Positions 27,478 through 37,600 of a stretch of 64,000 bases of DNA are shown piece by piece. This DNA is from Bdellovibrionales bacterium (lineage in GTDB: Bacteria; Bdellovibrionota; Bdellovibrionia; Bdellovibrionales; JAMPXM01), in the NCBI GenBank assembly GCA_043739185.1, contig JAYUEN010000386.1:16764-80763 (forward strand), read 5' to 3'. The notes below the pieces were generated by a model, which was not told the origin of the DNA, did no database searches, and saw only the letters and a list, made by a program, of their open reading frames with translations. A program made the translations under genes and the position numbers. Numbering within the stretch: the first letter of the stretch is position 1; each line of letters begins with the position of its first letter.

Positions 27478-27942
27478 ATGAATAAGATCAACCGAAAATT
27501 AGAATATGCCTTGATCGCGCTCAAGCATATGAAGACACGGGCTCCAGGCGAATTGTCTACAGCAAAAGAGATTAGCCAACATTTTAATATGCCCTTCGAT
27601 GCCACCGCAAGAGTGATGCAAATACTCGCACAAAAAGGAATCTTAAAATCAGAGCAAGGAGTAAATGGTGGTTATCAAATCGTAAAAGATTTAAGTAAAT
27701 TATCGCTCGGCGATTTGATGAGTTTTATTTTGGGGCCACTTCACTTGGCCAAATGCTTACATAAAGGAAATAATGTTCATGATGCCTGTGAGATTTTAGA
27801 GCAATGTTCAATCATGTCCCCAATGGCCAATCTCAACCGAAAGCTTAATGATTTTTATGCCTCGATTAATCTCGCGGAATTACTCGATCCGAAGGCGATC
27901 AAAAGCGAAAGCTTTGCAGAGGTGAGACCTTATGGACACTAA
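27478..27942 (+). CDS. Rrf2-family transcriptional regulator
   Basis: [18 protein letters not shown]...S.AKEIS......F....V.Q.L...G...S..G..GGY is the typical Rrf2 wHTH. Three Cys (C93, C103, C109) follow. The gene overlaps the sufB start. Confidence 0.85.
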   Translation: MNKINRKLEYALIALKHMKTRAPGELSTAKEISQHFNMPFDATARVMQILAQKGILKSEQGVNGGYQIVKDLSKLSLGDLMSFILGPLHLAKCLHKGNNVHDACEILEQCSIMSPMANLNRKLNDFYASINLAELLDPKAIKSESFAEVRPYGH

Positions 27943-29380
27943 ATCTTCAAAAGCGGTCGATCTTGCTCCAGAATATAAATACGGTTTTGTAACCGATATT
28001 GAAGCGGACGAAGTGCCACGCGGATTAAATGAAGATATAGTGCGTACAATTTCTGCCAAAAAAAATGAACCAGTTTGGATGCTTGAGTATCGCCTCAAGG
28101 CCTACAAGCATTGGCAAAGCATGCAAGAACCTACTTGGGCGAATGTGCACTATCCAAAAATTGATTTCAATGATATCATTTATTTTTCAGCGCCAAAAAA
28201 GAAAACCGGAGAAGGCCCAAAGTCACTTGATGAGCTTGATCCTGAGTTGGTCAAAACTTTTGAGCGTCTTGGTATTCCGCTTTCAGAGCAAAAAAGAATT
28301 AGTGGCGTTGCCGTAGATGCGGTTTTTGACTCAGTTTCAGTGGGGACAACCCATCAAGAAGATCTCAAAAAAGTGGGCGTCATATTTTGCTCAATTTCAG
28401 AGGCAATGCATACTCATCCCGAAATCATTAAAAAATATTTAGGTAGTGTCGTTCCGTTTGCAGATAATTTTTATGCTGCTTTGAATGCTGCCGTTTTTAC
28501 AGACGGATCTTTTGTCTATATACCAAAAGGTGTTCGTTGTCCGATTGATTTATCAACTTATTTTCGAATCAATGCTCAAGATACCGGACAGTTTGAAAGA
28601 ACTCTCATTATTGCGGAGAGTGGCAGCTTCGTTAATTATCTCGAGGGTTGCACGGCTCCGCAAAGAGATGAAAATCAATTGCATGCTGCAGTTGTCGAAC
28701 TCATTGCCCATGATGATGCTGAAATCAAATATTCAACCGTGCAAAATTGGTATACTGGCGATCAAAACGGTCGTGGTGGCATTTATAATTTTGTCACCAA
28801 GCGCGGAAAGTGCCAGGGCAAGAATTCAAAAATAAGTTGGACTCAAATTGAAACCGGATCCGCCATTACCTGGAAGTATCCAAGCTGTATCTTGCTAGGA
28901 GATCACTCTCAAGGAGCGTTTTACTCGGTCGCATTGACTCACGACCATATGCAAGCCGATACCGGAACGAAAATGATTCACATTGGGAAGAACACCAAGA
29001 GTACCATTATTTCAAAGGGCATTTCGACCGGGCATTCCAGTAATTCTTATCGTGGTCAGGTTAAGATCATGGCCAGTGCAGAGGGTGCCAGAAATTACTC
29101 TCAATGTGACTCGATGTTGGTGGGAGCCAATTGCTCTGCCAACACCTATCCCTATATTGAAGTTAAAAATAAATCTGCGATTTTAGAGCACGAAGCCAGC
29201 ACCTCACGTATCAGCGAAGATCAAATTTTTTATTTAAAATCCCGCGGAATCGATAGTGAAGCATCGATTTCACTCTTAGTTAATGGGTTTTGTCAGGATG
29301 TCTTTAAGCAGCTCCCTCTCGAATTTTCAGTCGAAGCGGTAAAGCTGATCGAAATGAAACTAGAAAATAGCGTAGGTTAA
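27932..29380 (+). CDS. sufB: Fe-S cluster assembly protein SufB
   Basis: 482 aa with highly conserved SufB segments ([46 protein letters not shown]). Confidence 0.95.
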   Translation: MDTKSSKAVDLAPEYKYGFVTDIEADEVPRGLNEDIVRTISAKKNEPVWMLEYRLKAYKHWQSMQEPTWANVHYPKIDFNDIIYFSAPKKKTGEGPKSLDELDPELVKTFERLGIPLSEQKRISGVAVDAVFDSVSVGTTHQEDLKKVGVIFCSISEAMHTHPEIIKKYLGSVVPFADNFYAALNAAVFTDGSFVYIPKGVRCPIDLSTYFRINAQDTGQFERTLIIAESGSFVNYLEGCTAPQRDENQLHAAVVELIAHDDAEIKYSTVQNWYTGDQNGRGGIYNFVTKRGKCQGKNSKISWTQIETGSAITWKYPSCILLGDHSQGAFYSVALTHDHMQADTGTKMIHIGKNTKSTIISKGISTGHSSNSYRGQVKIMASAEGARNYSQCDSMLVGANCSANTYPYIEVKNKSAILEHEASTSRISEDQIFYLKSRGIDSEASISLLVNGFCQDVFKQLPLEFSVEAVKLIEMKLENSVG

Positions 29381-29417
29381 ATGTGGCGCTTCAGTGCACA
29401 AAGGTGAAGGATAAAAA

Positions 29418-30170
29418 ATGTTAGAGATTCAAGATTTGCACGCTCAAATTAACGACAAGCCAGTTCTCAAGGGTCTGAACCTTAAAATAAATGCTGGCGA
29501 AGTTCATGCCATCATGGGACCCAATGGTTCAGGCAAGAGTACATTTTCGAAAGTTCTTTCGGGGCATCCTGATTATGAAGTAACCGGAGGCAAGGTATTG
29601 TACGAAATCAATTTCAAGTTAAAGGATCTGCTTGAGCTTGCGCCAGAGATGCGTGCGCGAGAAGGGGTCTATATGGCCTTTCAATATCCGATTGAAGTAC
29701 CAGGTGTTAGTAATTTTAAATTTTTGCAAATGGCTTTTAATTCAATTTGCAAACACCACGGCGCTCCTGAAATGAATAATGAGAAGTTTTTAGAATTCGT
29801 AAAATCAAAAATGAAAACGATAGGTATGGACGAAAAATTTTTGGACCGCGCCGTCAATGTTGGCTTTTCTGGTGGAGAAAAGAAGCGCAATGAAATTCTA
29901 CAGATGGCCGTACTTTCACCTCGGCTTGCGATTTTAGATGAAACCGATTCAGGACTCGATATTGATGCGCTAAAGGTTGTCGCCGAAGGCGTCAACAAGC
30001 TCAAAAGTAAAAGCAATGCAATTATTTTAATTACACACTATCAGCGCCTCTTAAACTATATTGTTCCCGATTTTGTACATGTGCTTTCAGAGGGAAAAAT
30101 CATTGAAAGTGGAGACAAGAATCTAGCGCATAAGCTTGAAGAAAAGGGTTACGATTGGCTGATTCAGTAA
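29418..30170 (+). CDS. sufC: Fe-S cluster assembly ATPase SufC
   Basis: GPNGSGKST Walker A, FSGGEKKRNEILQ signature, ILDETDSGLDIDAL. Confidence 0.95.
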   Translation: MLEIQDLHAQINDKPVLKGLNLKINAGEVHAIMGPNGSGKSTFSKVLSGHPDYEVTGGKVLYEINFKLKDLLELAPEMRAREGVYMAFQYPIEVPGVSNFKFLQMAFNSICKHHGAPEMNNEKFLEFVKSKMKTIGMDEKFLDRAVNVGFSGGEKKRNEILQMAVLSPRLAILDETDSGLDIDALKVVAEGVNKLKSKSNAIILITHYQRLLNYIVPDFVHVLSEGKIIESGDKNLAHKLEEKGYDWLIQ

Positions 30171-31486
30171 GTTTTTCAAATTTAGATAAAGCACTCTCGG
30201 CTGCAAAAATCCTTTCACAGCCTTGGTATTCGCATTTCTCAGGGGTATCTTTTGATTCTGAAGCGGCAGAGCTCATGCAAAATTGCACTTGGCCAAGTAC
30301 CAAAAAAGAAGCTTGGAAGTATACAAATATTTTAAGCCTTGCCCAACTCGATTTTTGGCTGCCAGAACAAAATCTTCCCCCGGTTTTGCCAAGTGAATGG
30401 CAGACATTATTGAATGATGACTTCGATTCGAGTTATGTTTTTTGGAATGGCGTTTTTTGTCCAGCACTATCCAAAATAAAAAAGACGCAAGAATATAGTT
30501 TTTCACGCCTATCAGGCTTGTCATCAAATGCGGGTGCAGAAAATCAAAAGTCTTTAAAATGTGAAGTTGAGTCTTCAAGCGAATTGGAGCGAATCAATAG
30601 GCTATTGTTAAGTGACCTATTTACTTTTGAGGTTCAAAAAAACACCAAACTTAAAAAGCCCGTCGCATTCCTTTTCATGAATTCCTCAGAATTGAATCGA
30701 CCGCAAATTCACAGTTCACGCCTCAGATTCACAATGAACGAATTTTCAGAAGCAAGTGTTCTAGAAATTCATGCCGGATTGAAATCTAACCCGAATCAAG
30801 TAGAGAGTCATTTTACAGAAGCGAAACTGCAAGTATCATCTCAGTTTGAACATATCTTTATGAACGCAACAGCAGCGGGCTACTCAAACTTTTTTACCAA
30901 AAAATTTGAGCTATCACGCTCCAGCCAGTTGAAGTCGCTTCACCTCGATCTTGGCGGCGACCTCAGCCGTACCGAGACTTTTGTAAATTTAAATGAACCT
31001 CTCGCCGAAGCTTTTGTTAATGGAGTATATCTGGCCCAGGATAAGCAGCATATAGATCATGAGGGGATTATTAGTCACAAATCACCAGAAACCATTAGCC
31101 ATCAATGCTTCAAGGGAATATTAAGCGATTTTTCTAAAGGGGTATTTAATGCGAAAGTTCGAATCGAGCCGGGGGCTTCAAAATCGAGCGCCGCGCAATT
31201 AAATAAGAATTTATTGCTTAGCAGGAAGGCTGAAATCAATTCTCTTCCGCGCCTCGAAATATTCAATGATGATGTCAAGGCCACTCACGGATCAGCATCG
31301 GGCCAATTGGATCCAGAGCAAATTTTTTACTTATGTTCTAGAGCGCTTTCAAAGGATCAGGCCATTCAATTCTTGGTTGAAAGCTATGCATTCGAAATGC
31401 TTGAAAATATGAATCCGGTTTTGGCGAATAAAGTTGGCCCGTTTGTTTCCTCGAAATTGGCCCGATTTCAAGTGGGCGATTTATGA
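30155..31486 (+). CDS. sufD: Fe-S cluster assembly protein SufD
   Basis: Position between sufC and sufS, plus the C-terminal SufB/D beta-helix segment (NLLLSRKAEINSLPRLEIFNDDVKATHGSASGQLDPEQIFYL). Confidence 0.85.
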   Translation: MADSVSFSNLDKALSAAKILSQPWYSHFSGVSFDSEAAELMQNCTWPSTKKEAWKYTNILSLAQLDFWLPEQNLPPVLPSEWQTLLNDDFDSSYVFWNGVFCPALSKIKKTQEYSFSRLSGLSSNAGAENQKSLKCEVESSSELERINRLLLSDLFTFEVQKNTKLKKPVAFLFMNSSELNRPQIHSSRLRFTMNEFSEASVLEIHAGLKSNPNQVESHFTEAKLQVSSQFEHIFMNATAAGYSNFFTKKFELSRSSQLKSLHLDLGGDLSRTETFVNLNEPLAEAFVNGVYLAQDKQHIDHEGIISHKSPETISHQCFKGILSDFSKGVFNAKVRIEPGASKSSAAQLNKNLLLSRKAEINSLPRLEIFNDDVKATHGSASGQLDPEQIFYLCSRALSKDQAIQFLVESYAFEMLENMNPVLANKVGPFVSSKLARFQVGDL

Positions 31487-32718
31487 AAGCACAAGAGAAC
31501 TTAAATTTTGATTTGGCCAAGATTCGCAAAGATTTTTCGATATTAAATCAAAAAGTTCACGGAAAAAGCTTAGTCTATTTTGATAATGCGGCGTCAAGTT
31601 TGAAGCCGGATTGTGTGATCAATCGAATTCAAAAATACTATCTCGAAGAAGTTTCAAATATTCACAGAAGTTCGCACTTTTTAGGTTCACAGGGAACCCT
31701 CAACTATGAGGGATCTCGAGAGCTGGCTCAAAAATTGATTGCGGCACAAGATGCGTCCGAAATTATTTTCACCCGAGGGACAACTGAGGCCATTAATTTA
31801 GTCGCGATGAGTTGGGGTCAAAGTTTGAAGACTGGTGATGAAATCATTCTGTCCGAACTTGAGCACCATTCAAATATTGTGCCCTGGCAACTAATTGCTG
31901 AACAAAGGGGCGCAGTTATTAAAGTGATTGAAGTCAACTCAGAGGGAGAGCTTCAGTTTGAAGGTTTTAAAAAACTTTTAAGTAAAAAGACAAAAGTGCT
32001 GGCCCTTACAATGTGTTCAAATACCCTCGGCAGCATCATTGATACCAAGAAATATATTGATCTGGCTCATGAAGTTGGTGCTTTGGTTTTACTTGATGCA
32101 GCTCAACTTATCAGCCATCACAATATAAATGTTCAAGTCTTAAACTGTGACTTTCTTGCCTTTTCCGGACACAAAATGTTTGGTCCTTATGGCATCGGAG
32201 TACTCTATGGGAAAAAGAAACTTTTAGAGGAAATGCCGCCTTTTCAAGGTGGCGGCAGTATGATTTCAGAAGTTCGATTTGAAAAGACGACCTACGCAGA
32301 TTTACCTCAAAAATTTGAAGCCGGAACACCCTCAATAGCAGATGCCATTGGCTTGGGCGAGGCTATTCAGTATTTAGATCGTAAAGAAATTCAAGCGGCA
32401 AGCATTGAAACCAGTCGATTGTTAGATTATGCGACTCAAGAATTTCAAAAGATACCCGGCCTTCGCATACTTGGGCCCGAAATTGAGAAGACTCCGATAG
32501 TTAGTTTTACCATCAAGGGTATTCACCCATCCGATTTAGGTAGCCTTATTGATCAAGAAGGTATTGCAATACGTACGGGTCATCATTGTACCCAGCCCCT
32601 GCTTCGCAAACTGGGTTTGACCTCAACTGCGCGGGCCTCATTTTCAATTTATAATACTCAAGATGAAGTAGATTTTTTTGTTGAAGCTGTATTGAAAGCG
32701 AAAGGTTTATTACAATGA
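31483..32718 (+). CDS. sufS: cysteine desulfurase SufS (group II)
   Basis: PLP-lysine context FSGHKMFGPYGIG and active-site RTGHHCTQPL. Confidence 0.95.
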   Translation: MKAQENLNFDLAKIRKDFSILNQKVHGKSLVYFDNAASSLKPDCVINRIQKYYLEEVSNIHRSSHFLGSQGTLNYEGSRELAQKLIAAQDASEIIFTRGTTEAINLVAMSWGQSLKTGDEIILSELEHHSNIVPWQLIAEQRGAVIKVIEVNSEGELQFEGFKKLLSKKTKVLALTMCSNTLGSIIDTKKYIDLAHEVGALVLLDAAQLISHHNINVQVLNCDFLAFSGHKMFGPYGIGVLYGKKKLLEEMPPFQGGGSMISEVRFEKTTYADLPQKFEAGTPSIADAIGLGEAIQYLDRKEIQAASIETSRLLDYATQEFQKIPGLRILGPEIEKTPIVSFTIKGIHPSDLGSLIDQEGIAIRTGHHCTQPLLRKLGLTSTARASFSIYNTQDEVDFFVEAVLKAKGLLQ

Positions 32719-33290
32719 CCGACACCATTGATAAAGAAGAAGTTTTGGTAAGAGTTTTGCCTACGCCAAATCCCAATGCCATTAAATTTGTGGTGAATAA
32801 AACACTCAAGTCAGTAGGCAAAGCAACATTCACCAAACCAAGTGAAGCCTTTGGAGTCATGCTCGCAGAAGAAATATTTCATATTGAAGGAGTTCGGCAG
32901 CTTCACTTTTTTGAAAATGTATTAACTGTAACCCACGCCGAAGAGGTAGATATTGAAAAGCTAAAGGACGAAGTCGGCGCCATTATTCAAACGCGTATTG
33001 GGGTTCATGATCCAGAATTTTTAACTGAAGAAGAAAATAAAAAGGTCGATCGCTCGAAGTTGCCACTCGAAGTTCAGCAAATTGAAGAGATATTAGATCG
33101 CACCGTACGCACCTATTTACAGGGTGACGGGGGTGACATTGAAGTAATTGGCTACAAAGATCATCGTGTGGACATTCGCTATCAAGGGGCCTGTGGCACC
33201 TGCCCGAGCTCTTCAGCCGGAACACTCGACGCCATTCACGGAATTTTACAAGAGCAATTTGATCCGCTCATTGAAATTAACTTAGTCTAA
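32715..33290 (+). CDS. NifU-family Fe-S scaffold/carrier (Nfu_N + NifU C-terminal domain)
   Basis: PNPNAIKF Nfu_N segment and the CxxC motif GACGTCPSS in the C-terminal domain. Confidence 0.85.
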   Translation: MTDTIDKEEVLVRVLPTPNPNAIKFVVNKTLKSVGKATFTKPSEAFGVMLAEEIFHIEGVRQLHFFENVLTVTHAEEVDIEKLKDEVGAIIQTRIGVHDPEFLTEEENKKVDRSKLPLEVQQIEEILDRTVRTYLQGDGGDIEVIGYKDHRVDIRYQGACGTCPSSSAGTLDAIHGILQEQFDPLIEINLV

Positions 33291-33302
33291 AAAACAAGAA
33301 GT

Positions 33303-33734
33303 CTATTTTGGTGGAGGCAGGCTTGAGCTTGGGCCTCTTTCAGCCTCAATCTTTTTTGCAAGCGCCTCGATCTTAGCGATTTCTTCAGGTGTCAGCATTT
33401 TAATAAAGTCTTCAGGTTTTTTTTGAGTTTCTGCATTCATCAGTTTTGCGTCGCCGTTGGTTTTTTGAGTCATAGTCGCCATCACTTCAGAGACGAGTTC
33501 ATAGAGTTCTTCTTTATGTTTTGCTCCAACAAATTCCTCAGCTGATTTCATTGTGGCCGCGGCTTTGGGCGACTGCTTTCCTGCCTCTTCACGCTGTTTT
33601 GGGTCACGCAATAAGGCTTGGGTTTTAGCCAGAGCCTCATCATTTATAGCTTTGTCGTCGGCATAGCCAAGATAGGGGAAAATTAATACGAGTAAAAAGA
33701 TAAGTATGACGCCGCGAAGTGCTTTTATTGCCAT
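33303..33734 (-). CDS. secreted helical hypothetical protein
   Basis: Signal peptide, Lys/Glu/Ala-rich helical sequence and one LTPEE motif. It overlaps the upstream gene by 10 nt. Confidence 0.6.
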   Translation of the reverse strand: MAIKALRGVILIFLLVLIFPYLGYADDKAINDEALAKTQALLRDPKQREEAGKQSPKAAATMKSAEEFVGAKHKEELYELVSEVMATMTQKTNGDAKLMNAETQKKPEDFIKMLTPEEIAKIEALAKKIEAERGPSSSLPPPK

Positions 33735-34384
33735 AATCTATATTCCTCTTGAGTTTCTTCTCGTGATTTATTTTTTAATAAAACCAATTTTCTCTGTTCA
33801 AGAGCCTGTCGCTCTAAATTCAATTGGTCAGCGGTATTATACTGTGCCGTCTGGCCCATTTTGATCTCATTTTGCAGATAACTTGCTTCGAAATAAATCT
33901 GGCGATTTTCGAGTGTCTCTGCCCTAAATTTAAAATAAACTTGTTCAATATCGCCCGCCTCGAGGTTCAATATGATTGGTGATGACAAGGGCGCAATCGG
34001 GAAAATATCTTTAGGGTAATGCCAAGTGATTTGAACTGGGCCAAGCTGGCGCTCAATTTTCACAGTACCCACAATTTCGAATTCTTTTTCGAGTTGTAGT
34101 GGGGTCGCAGTTCGACTTGAAATCTCAACACTGAGAGCACCATGTGGTTTTTTTAGTTCATGCAAAAGGCTATTTTTTTGAGGTGCTTTGAGGCGCTCCT
34201 GCTTGCTGTCATCAGCAGGAACATTTACATCTATTCGGGCTGGAGCCAGGCTAGTCGGATGGCGACTGCTTTTGCTGTCGGTGTCTTCGAGATACTGATT
34301 TTTAACCGCAAGAAATGCCAAATAGCTTAGGAGCAAAATGCTCAAGGGAAGACTCATGAGTTTTAATTTTTCATGCCATTTCAT
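33725..34384 (-). CDS. membrane-anchored hypothetical protein
   Basis: The start at 34384 (GGAGA 5 nt upstream) gives MKWHEKLKLMSLPLSILLLSYLAFLAV. The longer ORF-track version would overlap the metalloprotease gene by 150 nt. Confidence 0.6.
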   Translation of the reverse strand: MKWHEKLKLMSLPLSILLLSYLAFLAVKNQYLEDTDSKSSRHPTSLAPARIDVNVPADDSKQERLKAPQKNSLLHELKKPHGALSVEISSRTATPLQLEKEFEIVGTVKIERQLGPVQITWHYPKDIFPIAPLSSPIILNLEAGDIEQVYFKFRAETLENRQIYFEASYLQNEIKMGQTAQYNTADQLNLERQALEQRKLVLLKNKSREETQEEYRLWQ

Positions 34385-34395
34385 TCGTGTCTCCG

Positions 34396-36474
34396 TCAGT
34401 ACGTGATGCAGCCAGGATTTGAGTTCAGTTTCAAACTGAAATTTGTCAAACCGGAGGCGGAAGGGGTCGCTGAAACATTTATTAAATAAAAACCAGCATT
34501 GAGATCGGCTACGATACGCTCTGAACATTGTGTAGTGGATGTGCAATTGAGGGGCGGCGAACTTTCGCTAGACGCTCTACGTGAGGAGTTGTCGCCTAAA
34601 TAGTGTCTTTCAGAATACACGAATAAATCAAGATCGGCTAAGGCCCCCGAGGGAGTTGAATAACTCAATTGTAAGTCTAATTTTCCTCCGGGATGATAAT
34701 AAGAATAAAAGCGATCATTGCGAAAATAATCTCCGTCAAGAGATGCCACTGGTGAAATTGATTCGATGCTGCTGACAAAACAATTACTCGTGTTCAAAAT
34801 GGCGCCATAGGTTTTGCGATCAGCACTTTGATGTTCCATTTGTCGAAGGCTACTCCAATCGGAGTGACCAGACTTGGCGTTTTGCATTAGATGAAAAGAA
34901 CCCATATTTCGAAAGTGTTGATCATTTGTCCGAAAGCCCTGGCTCGATCCGTTGAATACTGACCAGATTTCTGCAAAGGGACTCTGTATATTTTCATCAG
35001 GTGCCTGTGAGCCAGCGCCGCTCACAGGATGCGGATCAATTGCATCCCACAACAAACGTGTTATTGAAAATTCGTGATAGATACCTTCCCCATTTGGGTT
35101 TGGCGAAACTTGATCGGCTGAGTTTGCCGTAAGATGTTCGATATCTTCATTGAAAAATACACCGGCGGTGCCATCTTCATTTCCGTAAGTATCTCGATAA
35201 ACCGGATTGCCAGTAACACTCGCTTGAAAGAAGTCGGCCCAGCCCTCACTCCATGCCAAGCGAGGATCAAGTTGTGAAAAGCCATCATGACTTCCGCCAG
35301 GGGAGTCAGATTTGCCATAGTGATCCTCCATGAAATGCCCGTATTCGTGAATAATAACAGAGTTATCAAAGTGATCTGTATCTGAATAGTTCACATCGCC
35401 ATTGATGCCGCCCATAATGAAGAGCTGACTCTTGCCAGGAAGATAGTAACTGATGCCTGAATTCGGATCGAGACCTTCATAGGCGCCAGGATTAAATCCT
35501 TTTTTCCAAAATGCTTGAACCAATGGTCCAACTACAAATGGCGTACAGTCCGGAAATGTTGCAGAGCCACAGCCTTGCGCACTTGAAGTAAAGTTACGTA
35601 AAAAAACATTGGCACGCGCGAGTTGATCTAAAATATTAAAAGCTCCGCCTTCAAGACTTCCTTGCGCGGGTGCAATCAAATTTACTTTATTCAAATCGTG
35701 AGCCGCAGTAATTGAAGAGCTGACGGCATAACTTTGATTCGAAACAGGATCCTGCAAAACATAAGCTTGAAGATTTAGGTTATTGGCACGGGAATGTATT
35801 GAAACAAGATACTGAGCATTGGATTTCGGCAAAGAGAAATTGAAATTACCCATTGAATCGCTTTCGGCACATTGAATGATTTGACCACTGCTATCGCTAA
35901 TACTTATTTCGGCAAAACGAATTGCCTGAGGAAAATCACCGCGCGTTCTTTTTAGATTACTTGAGGTTGATAGATTGAAAGTTTGCGCCTCATTTTTAGG
36001 AGTCAAAACGAGTGCACTGCCATTTGCGGTTGCTATCATATCTGCGGCGGCATCATTGTTCACCGCCGTCATCAAGTTCGAAATGACATCGCTTGCAGTA
36101 TAATTTACGCCCGCTTGCCACGAGAAATCATGTGAGTTAATACTCAAATCGAAAGCTTGGGCGCCTGAAGCGACCACCGGCATCAATGTTATGATTCCAT
36201 TTGCAATCGGCCCATTGCCATTCACACGAAACTCATAAACGGCTCGACCCGAAACCAGTACTGCGTCTGAAAAAGTTTTTGATGGGAGATAAGGACAGTA
36301 AGGTTCTGGTGGAACAGAAAAAGACGAATTTGAATCTGAAGAGCTGCCGTTTGAGCAATTATTGAAAAACAGACTTAGGATCAACATGAAAAAAACAAAA
36401 TGAACAAGAGCCTTGACCTTTTGCCAGAAGATTCTATTTGAGCTGAAGAAAATATTTGAAGACTTAGTGGCCAT
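34396..36474 (-). CDS. lipoprotein zinc metalloprotease (HExxH) with C-terminal PPC-like domain
   Basis: Signal/lipobox (LSLFFNNC), VIIHEYGHFMEDH zinc motif, and a C-terminal segment with DLDLFVY typical of pre-peptidase C-terminal beta-sandwich domains. The family was not identified. Confidence 0.7.
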   Translation of the reverse strand: MATKSSNIFFSSNRIFWQKVKALVHFVFFMLILSLFFNNCSNGSSSDSNSSFSVPPEPYCPYLPSKTFSDAVLVSGRAVYEFRVNGNGPIANGIITLMPVVASGAQAFDLSINSHDFSWQAGVNYTASDVISNLMTAVNNDAAADMIATANGSALVLTPKNEAQTFNLSTSSNLKRTRGDFPQAIRFAEISISDSSGQIIQCAESDSMGNFNFSLPKSNAQYLVSIHSRANNLNLQAYVLQDPVSNQSYAVSSSITAAHDLNKVNLIAPAQGSLEGGAFNILDQLARANVFLRNFTSSAQGCGSATFPDCTPFVVGPLVQAFWKKGFNPGAYEGLDPNSGISYYLPGKSQLFIMGGINGDVNYSDTDHFDNSVIIHEYGHFMEDHYGKSDSPGGSHDGFSQLDPRLAWSEGWADFFQASVTGNPVYRDTYGNEDGTAGVFFNEDIEHLTANSADQVSPNPNGEGIYHEFSITRLLWDAIDPHPVSGAGSQAPDENIQSPFAEIWSVFNGSSQGFRTNDQHFRNMGSFHLMQNAKSGHSDWSSLRQMEHQSADRKTYGAILNTSNCFVSSIESISPVASLDGDYFRNDRFYSYYHPGGKLDLQLSYSTPSGALADLDLFVYSERHYLGDNSSRRASSESSPPLNCTSTTQCSERIVADLNAGFYLINVSATPSASGLTNFSLKLNSNPGCITY

Positions 36475-36634
36475 ACCTCGTCTTCGGCAGAATTAGAAAT
36501 CGGCCTTACAAGGCCTTCGCAAAATTGGCCTAAAGTTACCTCATATGTTGAGCTTCAATTTAATAATTACCGAATAAAATCGTTGTCAAAACGAGACAGC
36601 ATCAGATAAGTTTTGAGTCGCGAAACGAGGTCCT

Positions 36635-36892
36635 ATGCAAAAAGGTTTTAATTCAGATATCGAGTATGATGGTAGCAATTACCACGTTCAAAGTGAGGAT
36701 TGGGGCACTGAAAACCCTTATTTAGTTAGTCGAGTTTTTTTAAATGGTGCCGTAATTAAAAATATTAAAACTTCGTATCGGGATGTCCTTAAGCCCAGTT
36801 CTTATCAAGACCCACGAGCAATTCGTCTAGCCTTGATTGAACAACATCAACAGGTTCTAGACCAACTTGTGTCTGGCAGTTTAATTTATTAA
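36635..36892 (+). CDS. hypothetical small protein
   Basis: 85-aa ORF with no overlapping alternative. No recognisable motif. Confidence 0.5.
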   Translation: MQKGFNSDIEYDGSNYHVQSEDWGTENPYLVSRVFLNGAVIKNIKTSYRDVLKPSSYQDPRAIRLALIEQHQQVLDQLVSGSLIY

Positions 36893-36927
36893 TTGGTTCA
36901 TTTAAAGTCACAGCTTACACTATAGGA

Positions 36928-37587
36928 ATGATACATTTTTCGCACGTCTATAAGACTTATTCTGGTGGCGTTCATGCACTTTCAAATATAGATCTCGAAA
37001 TTCACAAGGGCGAATTTCTTTTTCTAACCGGCCCGAGTGGCTCTGGCAAGACTACACTATTTAAAATGATTAGCGCCTTTGATGCGGCAACCTCAGGAAA
37101 ACTCTTTGTTGAGGGTTATGATTTGAGTCGGATCAACCAACGAGAAATTCCTTTTCTTAGAAGAAAAATTGGCGTGGTATTTCAGGACTTCAGGCTCCTT
37201 CGAAAGCGCAGCATTTTTGAAAATGTTGCTTTGCCACTTCAAATTAAAAATGAAAAGGCGAGTTATATTCAAAGACGAACGCAAGAAGTCTTAGATCAAG
37301 TGGGCCTCATATACAAAGCCAAATCTTTTCCAGAGCAACTCTCCGGCGGAGAACAACAGCGCGTGGCGATAGCTCGGGCGATCATTCATCAACCAGGGGT
37401 TTTGATTGCGGATGAGCCAACCGGTAATTTAGATCCTGAGTTGAGTGAGGAGATTATGGATCTTCTCGTAAAAGTAAATTCTCAAGGGACCACAGTTTTT
37501 GTTGCGAGCCATGATCACGATTTGGTGCGAAAGCGAGCGCGCAGAGTCGTTCAAATTCAAGCAGGCAAAATCATTTCAGATTGTTGA
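36928..37587 (+). CDS. ftsE: cell division ATP-binding protein FtsE
   Basis: GPSGSGKTT, LSGGEQQRVAIARA, ADEPTGNLD, 219 aa, followed by ftsX. Confidence 0.9.
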   Translation: MIHFSHVYKTYSGGVHALSNIDLEIHKGEFLFLTGPSGSGKTTLFKMISAFDAATSGKLFVEGYDLSRINQREIPFLRRKIGVVFQDFRLLRKRSIFENVALPLQIKNEKASYIQRRTQEVLDQVGLIYKAKSFPEQLSGGEQQRVAIARAIIHQPGVLIADEPTGNLDPELSEEIMDLLVKVNSQGTTVFVASHDHDLVRKRARRVVQIQAGKIISDC

Positions 37588-37600
37588 GAAAGAACCAATA

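Noticed and set aside
27318-27605. 95-aa minus-strand ORF overlapping the Rrf2 regulator start.
   Set aside because: It overlaps a well-supported gene and its promoter region, has odd composition and no RBS.
34385-34546. Long N-terminal extension of ORF 33725-34546 overlapping the metalloprotease gene by about 150 nt.
   Set aside because: An internal ATG at 34384 has a GGAGA RBS and begins a proper TM anchor 12 nt after the upstream stop. The extension has non-protein-like composition.
36502-36515. 14-nt palindrome ggccttacaaggcc in the divergent region between the metalloprotease and the 85-aa ORF.
   Set aside because: It is too short to distinguish from chance and has no second copy or known motif. 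It may be an operator, but that is unsupported.
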